DNA of 56,438 nt from Gemmatimonadaceae bacterium (GTDB lineage: Bacteria > Gemmatimonadota > Gemmatimonadetes > Gemmatimonadales > Gemmatimonadaceae): positions 1-56,438 of the forward strand of contig JANRJP010000028.1 in assembly GCA_033763905.1 (NCBI GenBank). Reading direction: 5' to 3'. Both the position numbers and the translations under genes were made by a program. Shown here piece after piece: positions 46,694-55,673 of the stretch. The first letter of the stretch is position 1. Every line of letters starts with the position of its first letter. Below the pieces are notes generated by a model. That model did not search any database and was not told the origin of the DNA. It saw only the letters and a program-made list of their open reading frames with translations.

Positions 46694-47742
46694 TTGACGG
46701 TCGGGAAGCCCGAGCCGAGGGCGGGCGGCTTCTGCGCGGCGGCGGAGCCCGCCGTCGATTCGTTGCCCGTCCCAGCGCCGGCGTCGAGCACCTTGCGCAG
46801 CGCACCAAGTGCGCCGAGCACACCCGAGGCTTCGGCGGGCAGGAAAATCGTCGAACCCTTGCCCTGCGCGAGCGTGGGCAGCGCCTCCATGTACTTGAGG
46901 CCCAGGAGATACGTCGAGACCTGCTCCGCCGGCAGCGCGGAGGCAATGCGGCGAATGGCCTCGGCTTCGGCTTCCGCCATCGCCAGTCGCGCCCGCGCCG
47001 CACCTTCGGCGCGGAGCGCCGAGGCCTCCTGTTCACCCTGCGCGCGCAGGATGGACGATTCGCGCAAGCCTTCGGCCTCGAGAATCTGCGCGCGCTTGGT
47101 GGCTTCGGCGTTGGTGACCGAAGCGCGACGCTCACGTTCGGCGCGCATCTGGAGTTCCATCGACTGCTGAATGTCGCGCGGCGGCTCGATGCTCTGCAAC
47201 TCCACGCGCGTCACGTCGACGCCCCAGCCGATGGCGGCTTCTTCGATGACGTCCCGCATCCGCTTGTTGATCAGGTCGCGCGAGACCAGCGACTGATCGA
47301 GCTCCATCTCACCGACGATGTTGCGCAGGGCAGTGCGGGTGAGCGTTTCGAGCGCGAAGGGGAGGTTCTGAATCGCGTACGTCGCCTTCTGGGGATCGGC
47401 GACGCGGTAGTAGAGGACCGCGTCGATGTCGATCGTGACGTTGTCCTTGGTGATGACGGGCTGCTTCGGGAAGTTGAGCACCTGTTCGCGCAGGTCGATG
47501 CGATTGGTGCTGCCCGAGACGAGGCGCTTCATCCCCGACCCGGCGTCTTCCTCCTGATACCGGACGTCGATGCTCTTGGCGCGCTCCAGCGCCGGAATGA
47601 CGATGTTGAGCCCCGAGCGCGCCAGCCGGTGGAAGCGCCCGAGACGCTCGATCACCATCACCTCGGCCTGCCCGACGATGCGGATGGAACGCACGAGGAT
47701 GCCGACGACACCGACTGCAAGAATTGCCGCGATGATTTCCAT
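46690..47742 (-). CDS. SPFH/band 7 (stomatin/QmcA-like) protein
   Basis: IERLGRF, IDLREQV, VITKDNV, WGVDVTRVE, QMRAERERRA. Confidence 0.93.
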   Translation of the reverse strand: MEIIAAILAVGVVGILVRSIRIVGQAEVMVIERLGRFHRLARSGLNIVIPALERAKSIDVRYQEEDAGSGMKRLVSGSTNRIDLREQVLNFPKQPVITKDNVTIDIDAVLYYRVADPQKATYAIQNLPFALETLTRTALRNIVGEMELDQSLVSRDLINKRMRDVIEEAAIGWGVDVTRVELQSIEPPRDIQQSMELQMRAERERRASVTNAEATKRAQILEAEGLRESSILRAQGEQEASALRAEGAARARLAMAEAEAEAIRRIASALPAEQVSTYLLGLKYMEALPTLAQGKGSTIFLPAEASGVLGALGALRKVLDAGAGTGNESTAGSAAAQKPPALGSGFPTVK

Positions 47743-47768
47743 TGCCAGTGCTCCGGAGGACCGGCGCC

Positions 47769-48863
47769 TTACGGCGTCCAGTCGGCGATGAAGAGGTTGG
47801 TTTCGCCCGGCTTGGCGGCGTGGCGGTTCGATGCCCACAGCAGCTTCTTGCCATCCGGCGAGAACATCGGGAAGCCGTCGAACTCCGGATGGAAGGTAAG
47901 CTGTTCGAGATCCGCCGCGGTGGCCATCGACTTTGCCGCATCGACGACGAACAGCTCGAAGTTGCGCGAGCGGGCGTTCATATGGTTGGACGCGAAAATG
48001 ATCTTGCGTCCGTCCGGGGTCCACGACGGGCCGAAGTTCGCGCCGCCGAGGTTGGTGACCTGGCGCTGATCGGAGCCGTCGGCGTTCATCACGAACAGTT
48101 CGACCTTCGACGGCCGCACCAGCGATTGCGCAAGCAGTTCCCGGTGCTGTCGCAGCTCCACCGAGTCCTTGGGGTGGTGCGCGCGATAGACGATCTTGGT
48201 GCCGTCCGGCGACCACCACGGGCCGCCGTCGTAGCCTTCGGTGAAGGTCAAGCGCTTCACGTCGGTGCCGTCGACGTTCATCGTGTAGATGTCGAGATCG
48301 CCGTCCTTGAGCGACGTGAAGACGATCTTCCTGCCGTCGGGCGACAACACGCCTTCGGCCGTGTAGACGCCGTAGTTGGTCAGCCGACGCTGATTGCGCC
48401 CGTCGATGTCGGCGGTCCAGATGTCGAAGCGGTCGAGCGGCCAGACATAGCCCTTTGAGGGATCCGGCTTGGCGGGGCAGGTCGAATCCGCCGCGGTGCT
48501 CGAACCAAAGAACACGCGCTGGTTGCCGGGCAGAATCCACCCGCAGGTCGTCTTGCCACGGCCGTCGGACACGCGGCGCGGGACCGAGCCGTCGGACCGC
48601 ATCACGTACTGCTGGTCGCAGGTGCGGCCGTCGCGCGTGGACTGCCAGGTGATCCACTGCCCATCGGCACTCCAGTACGCCTCGGCATTCTCACCGCCGT
48701 TGGTCAGCTGCCGGAGGTTCGAGAGGTGCTTTTCGTTGACCTCAGGCGCGCGCGCGATGACGGTCGCGGCGGGACTGGGGACGAGCGGCGCCGGCGTGCG
48801 GGCGCAGGAACTGACGAGCGCGGCCGCCGCGAGTGCGGCGGCCGCGAAAGACGTGCGATGCAT
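47769..48863 (-). CDS. TolB-like PD40 beta-propeller lipoprotein
   Basis: Lipobox VSSC; repeated SPDGxKIVF / MNxDG units. Confidence 0.88.
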   Translation of the reverse strand: MHRTSFAAAALAAAALVSSCARTPAPLVPSPAATVIARAPEVNEKHLSNLRQLTNGGENAEAYWSADGQWITWQSTRDGRTCDQQYVMRSDGSVPRRVSDGRGKTTCGWILPGNQRVFFGSSTAADSTCPAKPDPSKGYVWPLDRFDIWTADIDGRNQRRLTNYGVYTAEGVLSPDGRKIVFTSLKDGDLDIYTMNVDGTDVKRLTFTEGYDGGPWWSPDGTKIVYRAHHPKDSVELRQHRELLAQSLVRPSKVELFVMNADGSDQRQVTNLGGANFGPSWTPDGRKIIFASNHMNARSRNFELFVVDAAKSMATAADLEQLTFHPEFDGFPMFSPDGKKLLWASNRHAAKPGETNLFIADWTP

Positions 48864-48890
48864 TTGTCGTGAACGGTGCGGGATAGGCGC

Positions 48891-50480
48891 CTAGCGGTTC
48901 GCGGACTGTGCGACTTTCGCCAAGATGAAAAGTTCCTGCTGGGACCGACCCTTGCGCAACAGGGTCACCGCCTGCCGGAGGACGGCGTCGTCATCGAGAT
49001 CCCGCGCCTTGGCCGCGCCGTCGCCGAAGGCCGTGCGGGCCACGCGATTCTCGATCAGGCGATCGATGTAGCCCACCCCCGCTTCGAGCTGCGCGCGATC
49101 GACCTTGGCGCCGGAATCGAGGATGTACTTGAAGACTTCCTCGCGCCACTCGGGCCGCACCGTGAAGTCGGGCTGGACCTTGCCCTTCAGGTTGAGCGCG
49201 AAGTCGTAGAGCTTCACGTAGATCTCCTGCGCCTTCGGGGAGATCGCGCGCACCACCGTGAGTTCCGCGGTCGTGAAGGTGTCGGGGCGCACCGACAGGT
49301 CGGGCGTGATGCCGCCGCCACCGTACACGATGCGACCGCTGGCCGACTTGAACTGCGGCCGCGCCTTCTTCGCCGAGTCGGTTTCGGCCAAGGTGTCGGG
49401 CGCCTCGGCAATGAACTGGCCGTCCGGGCCTACCTTGCGGTCCTTCTGGATGGTCCGGCCGCTCGGCGTGAACCACTTGCCGGTCGTGAGCTTGAGCGCG
49501 TAGCCGCCGTCGAGCTGGAACACGGACTGCACGAGTCCCTTGCCGAACGACGTCTGGCCGAGGAGTACGGCGCGGTCGTGATCCTGCAGCGCACCGGCGA
49601 CGATCTCGGACGCCGAGGCCGAGTAGCCGTCGATGAGCACCGCCACCGGGGCCGTGGGCACCAGCGGGTCGCTCTCGGCCACCTGGCGCTGCGCGTCATC
49701 GAAGCGGCCGCGCACGGACATCAGTTCGCGGCCCTTGGGCACGAAGTAGTTCGCGATTTCGAGCGACTGCTCGAGATAGCCGCCGCCATTGCCGCGCAGG
49801 TCAAGGACGAACGACTTCGCCCCCTTGGCCTTGAGCGACGCAATGGCCTTGGCGACTTCTTCGGCGGAGGTTTCGTTGAACTGCTGGAGCGGGATGTACC
49901 CGACGCCCCCGTCGAACACGAGCGAGTAGGGGACCGCGGGAATGTGAATGACCGCGCGCGTGAATTCCTTGGCGATCGGCTCGCTGACGCCCGGGCGGCC
50001 GAAGCGCACCTTCACCCGCGTGCCCGGCGTGCCCAAGAGCGCGTTCGACACCTGCTGCAAGCGCCAGCCGCGAGTGCTCGCGGTATCGACGAAAATGATC
50101 CGATCGCCTTCCTGCACGCCGCCGTTCTCGGCCGGCGTATTGGGGAAGACGCGGGACACGACGATCGAGCCCTGCTGCTCCTCGATCTGCATCCCGACGC
50201 CGGCGTAGCGTCCACCGGTGTTGCGGGTGAACGCGGTGAGCTGTGCCGGGCTCAGGAGTTCGCTGTAGGGATCCTGCAGCTGGGTGACCAGACCGCGGGC
50301 CGCCTTTTCGTACAGCTGATTGGCCGAGAGCGAATCGACGAAGCGCTCGCCGACGGCCATCACGACCTGGTCGAAGAGCCGCGCACTGGCGGTGGTGGCG
50401 CGATCCTGCCACACGAACCCGCCGACGAGCACGGGGACAACGAGCACGGCTGCGAGGGCAGCCCGACGGGTACGGAGCAT
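48891..50480 (-). CDS. ctpA: S41 carboxy-terminal processing protease
   Basis: DPYS, PDZ domain, LDLRGNGGG, SASASEIVAGALQD, FGKGLVQ, GGITPD. Confidence 0.93.
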   Translation of the reverse strand: MLRTRRAALAAVLVVPVLVGGFVWQDRATTASARLFDQVVMAVGERFVDSLSANQLYEKAARGLVTQLQDPYSELLSPAQLTAFTRNTGGRYAGVGMQIEEQQGSIVVSRVFPNTPAENGGVQEGDRIIFVDTASTRGWRLQQVSNALLGTPGTRVKVRFGRPGVSEPIAKEFTRAVIHIPAVPYSLVFDGGVGYIPLQQFNETSAEEVAKAIASLKAKGAKSFVLDLRGNGGGYLEQSLEIANYFVPKGRELMSVRGRFDDAQRQVAESDPLVPTAPVAVLIDGYSASASEIVAGALQDHDRAVLLGQTSFGKGLVQSVFQLDGGYALKLTTGKWFTPSGRTIQKDRKVGPDGQFIAEAPDTLAETDSAKKARPQFKSASGRIVYGGGGITPDLSVRPDTFTTAELTVVRAISPKAQEIYVKLYDFALNLKGKVQPDFTVRPEWREEVFKYILDSGAKVDRAQLEAGVGYIDRLIENRVARTAFGDGAAKARDLDDDAVLRQAVTLLRKGRSQQELFILAKVAQSANR

Positions 50481-50513
50481 CAGCGGATCCAGGCCAGAGA
50501 CGGACTTGGGACG

Positions 50514-51389
50514 TTACTCCAACCCGCCGGCCGGGGACAGGGTTCCGCGCGGCGCAGGTTCGTACGTCACGAACCACTGCCGCTGCTCCTGCACGAACGT
50601 CGCCCGCTTGGCCAGGCCGGCGGTGACGAGCATCTCGTGCGCCGGCTGCAGCACCCGCTGCAGGTGCGACGGGTACCGCTGCTGTAGCGGGAGCATTTCG
50701 GCGACGGTTTCGAGCGGCAGTCGGACGTCGTGTCGTCCCTCAGCGCGCCACGCTTCGAGTAGGCGATACAACCGACGCGCGACGGGGGAATGCAGCGAGC
50801 GGTAGGGCGCCGCACCGATCGTGGCGGTGTGGCCGGCGGCCAGGTTTTGTCGGATGAACGGGGCGATGACCACACGCGCGTCGCCGGGCTCCCCCGCGGT
50901 GATGACGGGGAAGAGCGACATCTGTTCGCGGTCGGCCGTGCGCCGACGATCGATGGTGACCGACGTCAGCACGGTGAACCAGCCGTCGTGGGGCTGGCGC
51001 GCGGTGGCGTCATACCACGCGCCCTGCGACTCGAGTCGCGTGCGTTCGAGTCGCCCCAAAGCCGAGCGGAGCAACTCATAGGTGCGGCCGTCGGCGCGCC
51101 GGCCCATCGACCGGAGGAAATCGTGCAAGGTGAACGTCAGCTGCCCGTCGGCCGGCGCACCGGCGTCGTGGTAGCGGTGCATCAGCTCGACGTACACGTC
51201 CTGATCGAAGGTTCCCGGAATGCGGTCGCCCGCCGCGGGCAGGACACGCCACCGGGCGCCGCCCGCCACCTGAAAGGTGAACGCCGTGTCTTCCGCCGAG
51301 TCCGAGAGCCGGAACAGCGGCAGCAACTCCAGCGAGCGATCAAGAATGATCGACCGCGTCGTCGCGCGCCGCCGCGGAATCGTGGTCAT
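50514..51389 (-). CDS. Plasmid-type replication initiator (RepA-like winged-helix) homolog
   Basis: PLFRL, PGTFDQDVY, FTLHDFLRSMGRRADGRTYELLRSALGRL, YRSLHSPVARRLYRLL; ATGA overlap with the SDR gene. Confidence 0.65.
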   Translation of the reverse strand: MTTIPRRRATTRSIILDRSLELLPLFRLSDSAEDTAFTFQVAGGARWRVLPAAGDRIPGTFDQDVYVELMHRYHDAGAPADGQLTFTLHDFLRSMGRRADGRTYELLRSALGRLERTRLESQGAWYDATARQPHDGWFTVLTSVTIDRRRTADREQMSLFPVITAGEPGDARVVIAPFIRQNLAAGHTATIGAAPYRSLHSPVARRLYRLLEAWRAEGRHDVRLPLETVAEMLPLQQRYPSHLQRVLQPAHEMLVTAGLAKRATFVQEQRQWFVTYEPAPRGTLSPAGGLE

Positions 51390-52081
51390 CCCAGCTTGAG
51401 CACCTGCCCCGACACCGCCGAGGCGCCGGTGGAGAGCCAGAAGACCGTCTCGGCGATCGTCTCGCGGTCGACGAACGAGGCCTGGTCGCCCATCGCGGCG
51501 ACGTTGGCGGCGGTGCGGATCGCCGTGGGTGCGACGGCGTTGGCGCGGACGCCGTTCGGCGCTTCTTCCTGCGCGACGGCGCGCATCAGCGCGAGCACGC
51601 CGGCCTTGGCGGCCGCGTAGCCACTGAGGCCCGCGACGCGGCCACCGTCGAGGACGGCCGCCGAGGCGAAGTAGACGATGGCGCCGCGCCGCTGCCGCAG
51701 TGCGGGGAGAAACGCCCGACTCGCCGCCGCCGCCGTCACCAGCGAAATGGCGACTTGCTGGTGCAGTACGTCGAGCGACGATTCCGCGACGGGGCCGCTG
51801 GCCCCGAATCCGCCGGCGGCGCAAATCAGGGCATCGGCGCCGTCCGGAGTGCTGCGCGCGGCGACGTCGAGGACGGCCTCGAGATTGGTCAGGTCGACGG
51901 CGTGTGCCTCGACGAGGGCGCCGCGCGTCGCGAGATCGGCGGCCCGTGCGGCGACCTGTTGCGCGTCGCGGTCGAGCAGCACGAGTCGCCAGCCGGCGTC
52001 GGCGAAGCGCTGGGCGATGGCTTCGCCCATCTGGCCGGCGCGCCCGACGCCGGTGATGACGGCGGTGCGCACGGTACTCAC
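51386..52081 (-). CDS. Short-chain dehydrogenase/reductase
   Basis: AVITGVGRAGQMG, YAAAK, VRANAVAP. Confidence 0.9.
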   Translation of the reverse strand: MSTVRTAVITGVGRAGQMGEAIAQRFADAGWRLVLLDRDAQQVAARAADLATRGALVEAHAVDLTNLEAVLDVAARSTPDGADALICAAGGFGASGPVAESSLDVLHQQVAISLVTAAAASRAFLPALRQRRGAIVYFASAAVLDGGRVAGLSGYAAAKAGVLALMRAVAQEEAPNGVRANAVAPTAIRTAANVAAMGDQASFVDRETIAETVFWLSTGASAVSGQVLKLG

Positions 52082-52617
52082 GCGCGCCCTTCGGTCCGAC
52101 CGAGAGAGAGCCGCACGGCTTCTCGCATCGCGCCGAGCTGGTCGTCGGTGACGCCGATATCGCTCCGCAGGTGCAGCTCGATGCCGTCGGCAATCGCGAG
52201 GCGGCGCCAGCTTTGCGCGGCCGGTTCGTCGGTGTCGGTCGCGGCGGCGGTGCTCAGCGCCGGCACGAGCGCCTGCGCGACTTTGCGTTCCAACGCGTCG
52301 CCCGCGACCCCGGTCAGTTCGCGCTTGATGCCGTCGAGCGTCTGGCCTTCGCGCTGGCGAATCTTGATCGCGAGCAGCTGCAGAAAGTGCCGATAGTGAT
52401 ACGTGGCGGCCGTGCCCGCGCCCTCGGGTCGCTCCAGCAATCCGTGGGCGACGTAAAAGCGGATCGAGCGCGCCGACGGTGCCGCGCGGGCCGACGCATT
52501 GGTCGGCTTGAGGCCGGCGGCATCAACGAGGGCGGTGACGTGCGCGGCGAGTCCGCGGGCATTCCACGGAGCGTGCTTCGCGTGCGCACGGAGGAGGGCA
52601 ACCGGCGTGTCGGCCAT
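52078..52617 (-). CDS. MerR-family HTH regulator
   Basis: SARSIRFYVAHGLLERP...ATYHYRHFLQLLAIK...GQTLDGI; C-terminal WRRLAIADGIELH. Confidence 0.8.
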   Translation of the reverse strand: MADTPVALLRAHAKHAPWNARGLAAHVTALVDAAGLKPTNASARAAPSARSIRFYVAHGLLERPEGAGTAATYHYRHFLQLLAIKIRQREGQTLDGIKRELTGVAGDALERKVAQALVPALSTAAATDTDEPAAQSWRRLAIADGIELHLRSDIGVTDDQLGAMREAVRLSLGRTEGRA

Positions 52618-52711
52618 TCTGGAAACGATAGCTCCCGGGAGGGTCCCTGTAAAACGACAGCGGAGGCGCAGTGTCGCGCCTCCGCTGTGACAGTACGATA
52701 CCGCGCGGCGC

Positions 52712-53104
52712 TCAGGTCTTCGAGGCGTCCATCGCGGTCTGGACACCGGCCTGGGCGGCGAGCCCGGCGATGGTGGCCAAGTCGACCGGCTTTTCGAGGA
52801 AGTGCGTCGCGCCGAGGCGCAGGGAGGCAAACCGGTTGTCTTCGTCCGGGTAGGCCGTCAGGACGATGACGGTGGCGTCGGGCGAGAGCAAGCCGGACGC
52901 GGCCATCACCTGCAATCCACCGTCGCGCTTGCCGCCCAGGCGGAGGTCGGTGACGATGAGGTCGAAACCATCGGCCTTGAGGGCAGCCAGGGCCTCGTCG
53001 AGGGTGGCGGCCTGGGTGGTGAGATTCGTGGGGACGTCGAAGAGCTCCACGAGGGTGTCGCGGATGTTCTCTTCGTCTTCGACGATCAGGACGGACTTGG
53101 ACAT
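52712..53104 (-). CDS. Single-domain response regulator
   Basis: VLIVEDE, IVTDLRL, VLTA, FLEKP. Confidence 0.92.
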   Translation of the reverse strand: MSKSVLIVEDEENIRDTLVELFDVPTNLTTQAATLDEALAALKADGFDLIVTDLRLGGKRDGGLQVMAASGLLSPDATVIVLTAYPDEDNRFASLRLGATHFLEKPVDLATIAGLAAQAGVQTAMDASKT

Positions 53105-53201
53105 CGGGTGCGCGGCAAGTGGTAGGCCCGGGGCGGATGACGCTCCGCTGGCCATCCGGTGTACGCGGGCGTTCCGGTGATCGTTCCCCGGGGTCCCGGG
53201 G

Positions 53202-54704
53202 TCAGAGCAGGGCGGGGAGGGTGATCGTGACCGTCGTGCCGTCTTCGGGGGTGCTTTCGATGCCGATCGTGCCCCCGTGGTCCTCGACGATGCGCTGGCA
53301 GAGCGCCAGGCCGATGCCCGTGCCGCCGGACTTGGTCGAGAAGAAGATCTCGAAGACCCGCGGGAGCACCTCCGGCGGGATGGCCACGCCGCCGTTCGTG
53401 ATGCGGAAGCGCCAAGTGCCGGTCGTGAGCACCTGCGACTGGATGTAGATCGTGCTGCCCGCCGGAGCGGCGTCGCAGGCGTTCACAAACACGTTCAGGA
53501 AGACCTGCGCGAGTTGCTCGGCGTCGATCTGGCACTGCGCCCCCGGGAGCGCGCGGACCCGGTGCACCAGCAGGCCGCGCGCGTCGAGCAGCGGGCGCTG
53601 GTCTTCCAGGAGTTCGTCCCACACGCTGTCGGGGTCGCCCTCGGCCAACCGCAGCGCCGCCGGTCGGCCGTATTCGAGGAGAGAGGTCACCATCCGGTTG
53701 AGGCGATCGACTTCGCGCAGGATGCGGCCGACGTTGCGTTCGACCACCGCATCCTGCCCGACGCGGAACTGCAGCAGCTGGGCGGCGGATGAAATGCCGA
53801 ACAGCGGATTGCGCAGCTCGTGCGCGACGCCGGTGGCCACCTCACCGATGGCTTCGAGCCGACGCTTCTGCTCGACCCGCCGCACCAGCCACGCGCGCTC
53901 GATGGCGGCGGCCGTCTGCGCCGCGAGGGACGCCATCAGCCGCTGGGTGGCCTCGAGATCCGACGGGGAATGGGCGTTGGTCGTCCACGCCGTCATCACC
54001 CCGAGCACCCCTTCGGTGGTGGTCATTGGCGCGGTCAACTCCAGGCCTTGGTCAAGCCCCGAGACGACGACGCGGCCATTGGCCAAGGCATCGAGCCAGA
54101 TCGGCATCAGCCGCGACTCGAGCGCGCGCGTGGTGCCCTGGTACCCGGTGGAGTACTGGACGCGGAGGGCAGCGGTCTCGTCATCCGCGAGCGCCAGACA
54201 CAGACCGTCGCACCGTATCGCGCGTTGCACCTGCAGCCCGACTTCGGCGTAGAGGCGCTCGAGGTCGATGGCGCGCGACAAGGCGATGCCGGCGTCGAGC
54301 AGGACTTCGCGCGAGGCGTGGTTGGGCGTGATGTCGACCGTGGCGAAGACGAACCCGCGCACCACGTGGTCGTCGGGGGCGCGTATGGCGGTGACCTGCA
54401 TCAGGAAGACCCGCGACTCCCACGGCGCGTCGCAGGGGAACTCCCAGCTCACCCGCTCCGAGCGCCCTGAGCGAATGAGTTGCATCGCACGCTCGGCCTG
54501 CTCCCGAGAGCCACGGTCGGCGAAGGCATCGAAGACGAGCTGACCAATGACGTTCCCGGGTCGCGCCAATTCGGCGGCGCCATTCTCGAGCGCGAAGCGA
54601 TTCCAGCTGCCGTGCGTGCTCGTGATGCGGCCATCGGGATCGGTGGTCCAGATCGTGAGCGGCAGGGCGTCCAACACGCGACGCTCGAAGGGGACCTCGG
54701 CCAT
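53202..54704 (-). CDS. Cytoplasmic PAS-GAF sensor histidine kinase (NtrB-like core)
   Basis: H box VAHELRNPL, N box NVFVNACDA, FFSTK, GTGIGL; no TM helix. Confidence 0.92.
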   Translation of the reverse strand: MAEVPFERRVLDALPLTIWTTDPDGRITSTHGSWNRFALENGAAELARPGNVIGQLVFDAFADRGSREQAERAMQLIRSGRSERVSWEFPCDAPWESRVFLMQVTAIRAPDDHVVRGFVFATVDITPNHASREVLLDAGIALSRAIDLERLYAEVGLQVQRAIRCDGLCLALADDETAALRVQYSTGYQGTTRALESRLMPIWLDALANGRVVVSGLDQGLELTAPMTTTEGVLGVMTAWTTNAHSPSDLEATQRLMASLAAQTAAAIERAWLVRRVEQKRRLEAIGEVATGVAHELRNPLFGISSAAQLLQFRVGQDAVVERNVGRILREVDRLNRMVTSLLEYGRPAALRLAEGDPDSVWDELLEDQRPLLDARGLLVHRVRALPGAQCQIDAEQLAQVFLNVFVNACDAAPAGSTIYIQSQVLTTGTWRFRITNGGVAIPPEVLPRVFEIFFSTKSGGTGIGLALCQRIVEDHGGTIGIESTPEDGTTVTITLPALL

Positions 54705-54731
54705 CCCGAGAAGCTACCCCTCCCGTCGGGG

Positions 54732-54766
54732 AACACAAACGGCGGTCCCCGAACCGGAGACCGCCG
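54732..54766 (-). terminator. Intrinsic terminator after the histone-like gene
   Basis: Minus strand GGCGGTCTCC-GGTTC-GGGGACCGCC then GTTTGTGTT. Confidence 0.7.
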
Positions 54767-54791
54767 CGTGTTCCATCGTCGAGACGACGGC

Positions 54792-55478
54792 TTACTTCTT
54801 CTTGCCCTTCTTGGCCGGCTTCTTCGCCGCCTTCTTCGGGGCGGGCTTGGCCGGCTTCTTGGCGGCCTTCTTGGGCGCCGGCTTGGCGGCCTTCTTCACC
54901 GCCTTCTTCGGCGCCGGCTTGGCCGACTTCTTGGCGGCCTTCTTGGGCGCCGGCTTGGCGGCCTTCTTCACCGCCTTCTTGGCGGCCGGCTTGGCCGCCT
55001 TCTTCGCGGCGGGCTTGCTGGCCTTCTTCGCGGCCGGCTTCGACTCCTTCTTGGCCGCGGGCTTGGCAGCCGGCTTGGCCGGGGCGGCCTTCGCCGGGGC
55101 CGCCTTGGCCGGTGCCGGCTTCGCCGGGGCAGCCTTCGGCGCAGCCGCCGGCTTCGGGGCAGCGGCAGGCTTCGGGGCAGGCGCCGGCTTGGGCGCAGAA
55201 CCCTTGGCCTTCACCGGGGCCGGGGCAAGCGGCACGGTGAACAGGTCGTCTTCTTCCTCGGCGACAACCGGCTCAGCCGCGACCTCTTCCTCCTCGTCGT
55301 CCGACTCGTCCGGGCTGTCCCAGAGGTCTTCGGAGGAGTCCTTCACCGCGCCCCAGCCGCCTTCATCGTCATCGTCGTCGTCATAGGACGAGCCGCCACC
55401 GCCGTAGCCGATGTCATCGGTGTCGTCGTCACGCTCGCCGAACTTCAGGTCCTGTTCCAACTCGTCACCACGGGGCAT
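54792..55478 (-). CDS. Histone H1-like low-complexity protein (acidic N-terminus, K/A/P-repeat C-terminus)
   Basis: D/E-rich first ~77 aa, then PAKK/KKAA repeats; consistent AAG/GCC codon usage; followed by a terminator. Confidence 0.8.
   Translation of the reverse strand: MPRGDELEQDLKFGERDDDTDDIGYGGGGSSYDDDDDDEGGWGAVKDSSEDLWDSPDESDDEEEEVAAEPVVAEEEDDLFTVPLAPAPVKAKGSAPKPAPAPKPAAAPKPAAAPKAAPAKPAPAKAAPAKAAPAKPAAKPAAKKESKPAAKKASKPAAKKAAKPAAKKAVKKAAKPAPKKAAKKSAKPAPKKAVKKAAKPAPKKAAKKPAKPAPKKAAKKPAKKGKKK
54855..54980. repeat. Intragenic direct repeat, 54 bp x2 with 72-bp period
   Basis: 54855-54908 is identical to 54927-54980 (encodes KKAVKKAAKPAPKKAAKK). Confidence 0.85.
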
Positions 55479-55566
55479 TGAAGGCCTCCAGACTTGGGAG
55501 ATCGAAGGTGGGACGCGCGGCGAAATCAGGAATGATCGCGCGCGAACGAAAACGTTCTACAACGAA

Positions 55567-55598
55567 GAGAGGGGCCGCGTCAAGTCGTGGCCCCTCTC
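55567..55598 (-). terminator. Hairpin after the RND gene
   Basis: Minus strand GAGAGGGGCCACG-ACTTGA-CGCGGCCCCTCTC then TTCGTT. Confidence 0.6.
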
Positions 55599-55673
55599 CG
55601 ATGCGTTTCTGGTGCGCGCGCACCGCGTCCACCACCCTCGCGGGAGGCCGTCGCGGGTCGCGGCGGCGGCCGG

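Noticed and set aside
46690..48657. 655-aa ORF as an extended SPFH protein
   Set aside because: The upstream part overlaps the TolB-like gene out of frame; GGAG precedes ATG 47742.
50514..52193. 559-aa ORF as a Rep fusion
   Set aside because: The upstream part is the off-frame shadow of the SDR gene; the ATGA overlap marks the start at 51389.
54816..55200. Repeats as a CRISPR-like array
   Set aside because: The repeats are in-frame coding units with no unique spacers and no cas genes.
54480..55481. Plus-strand FFAA/LLGG repeat ORFs resembling membrane proteins
   Set aside because: They are antisense shadows of the Lys/Ala codon repeats.
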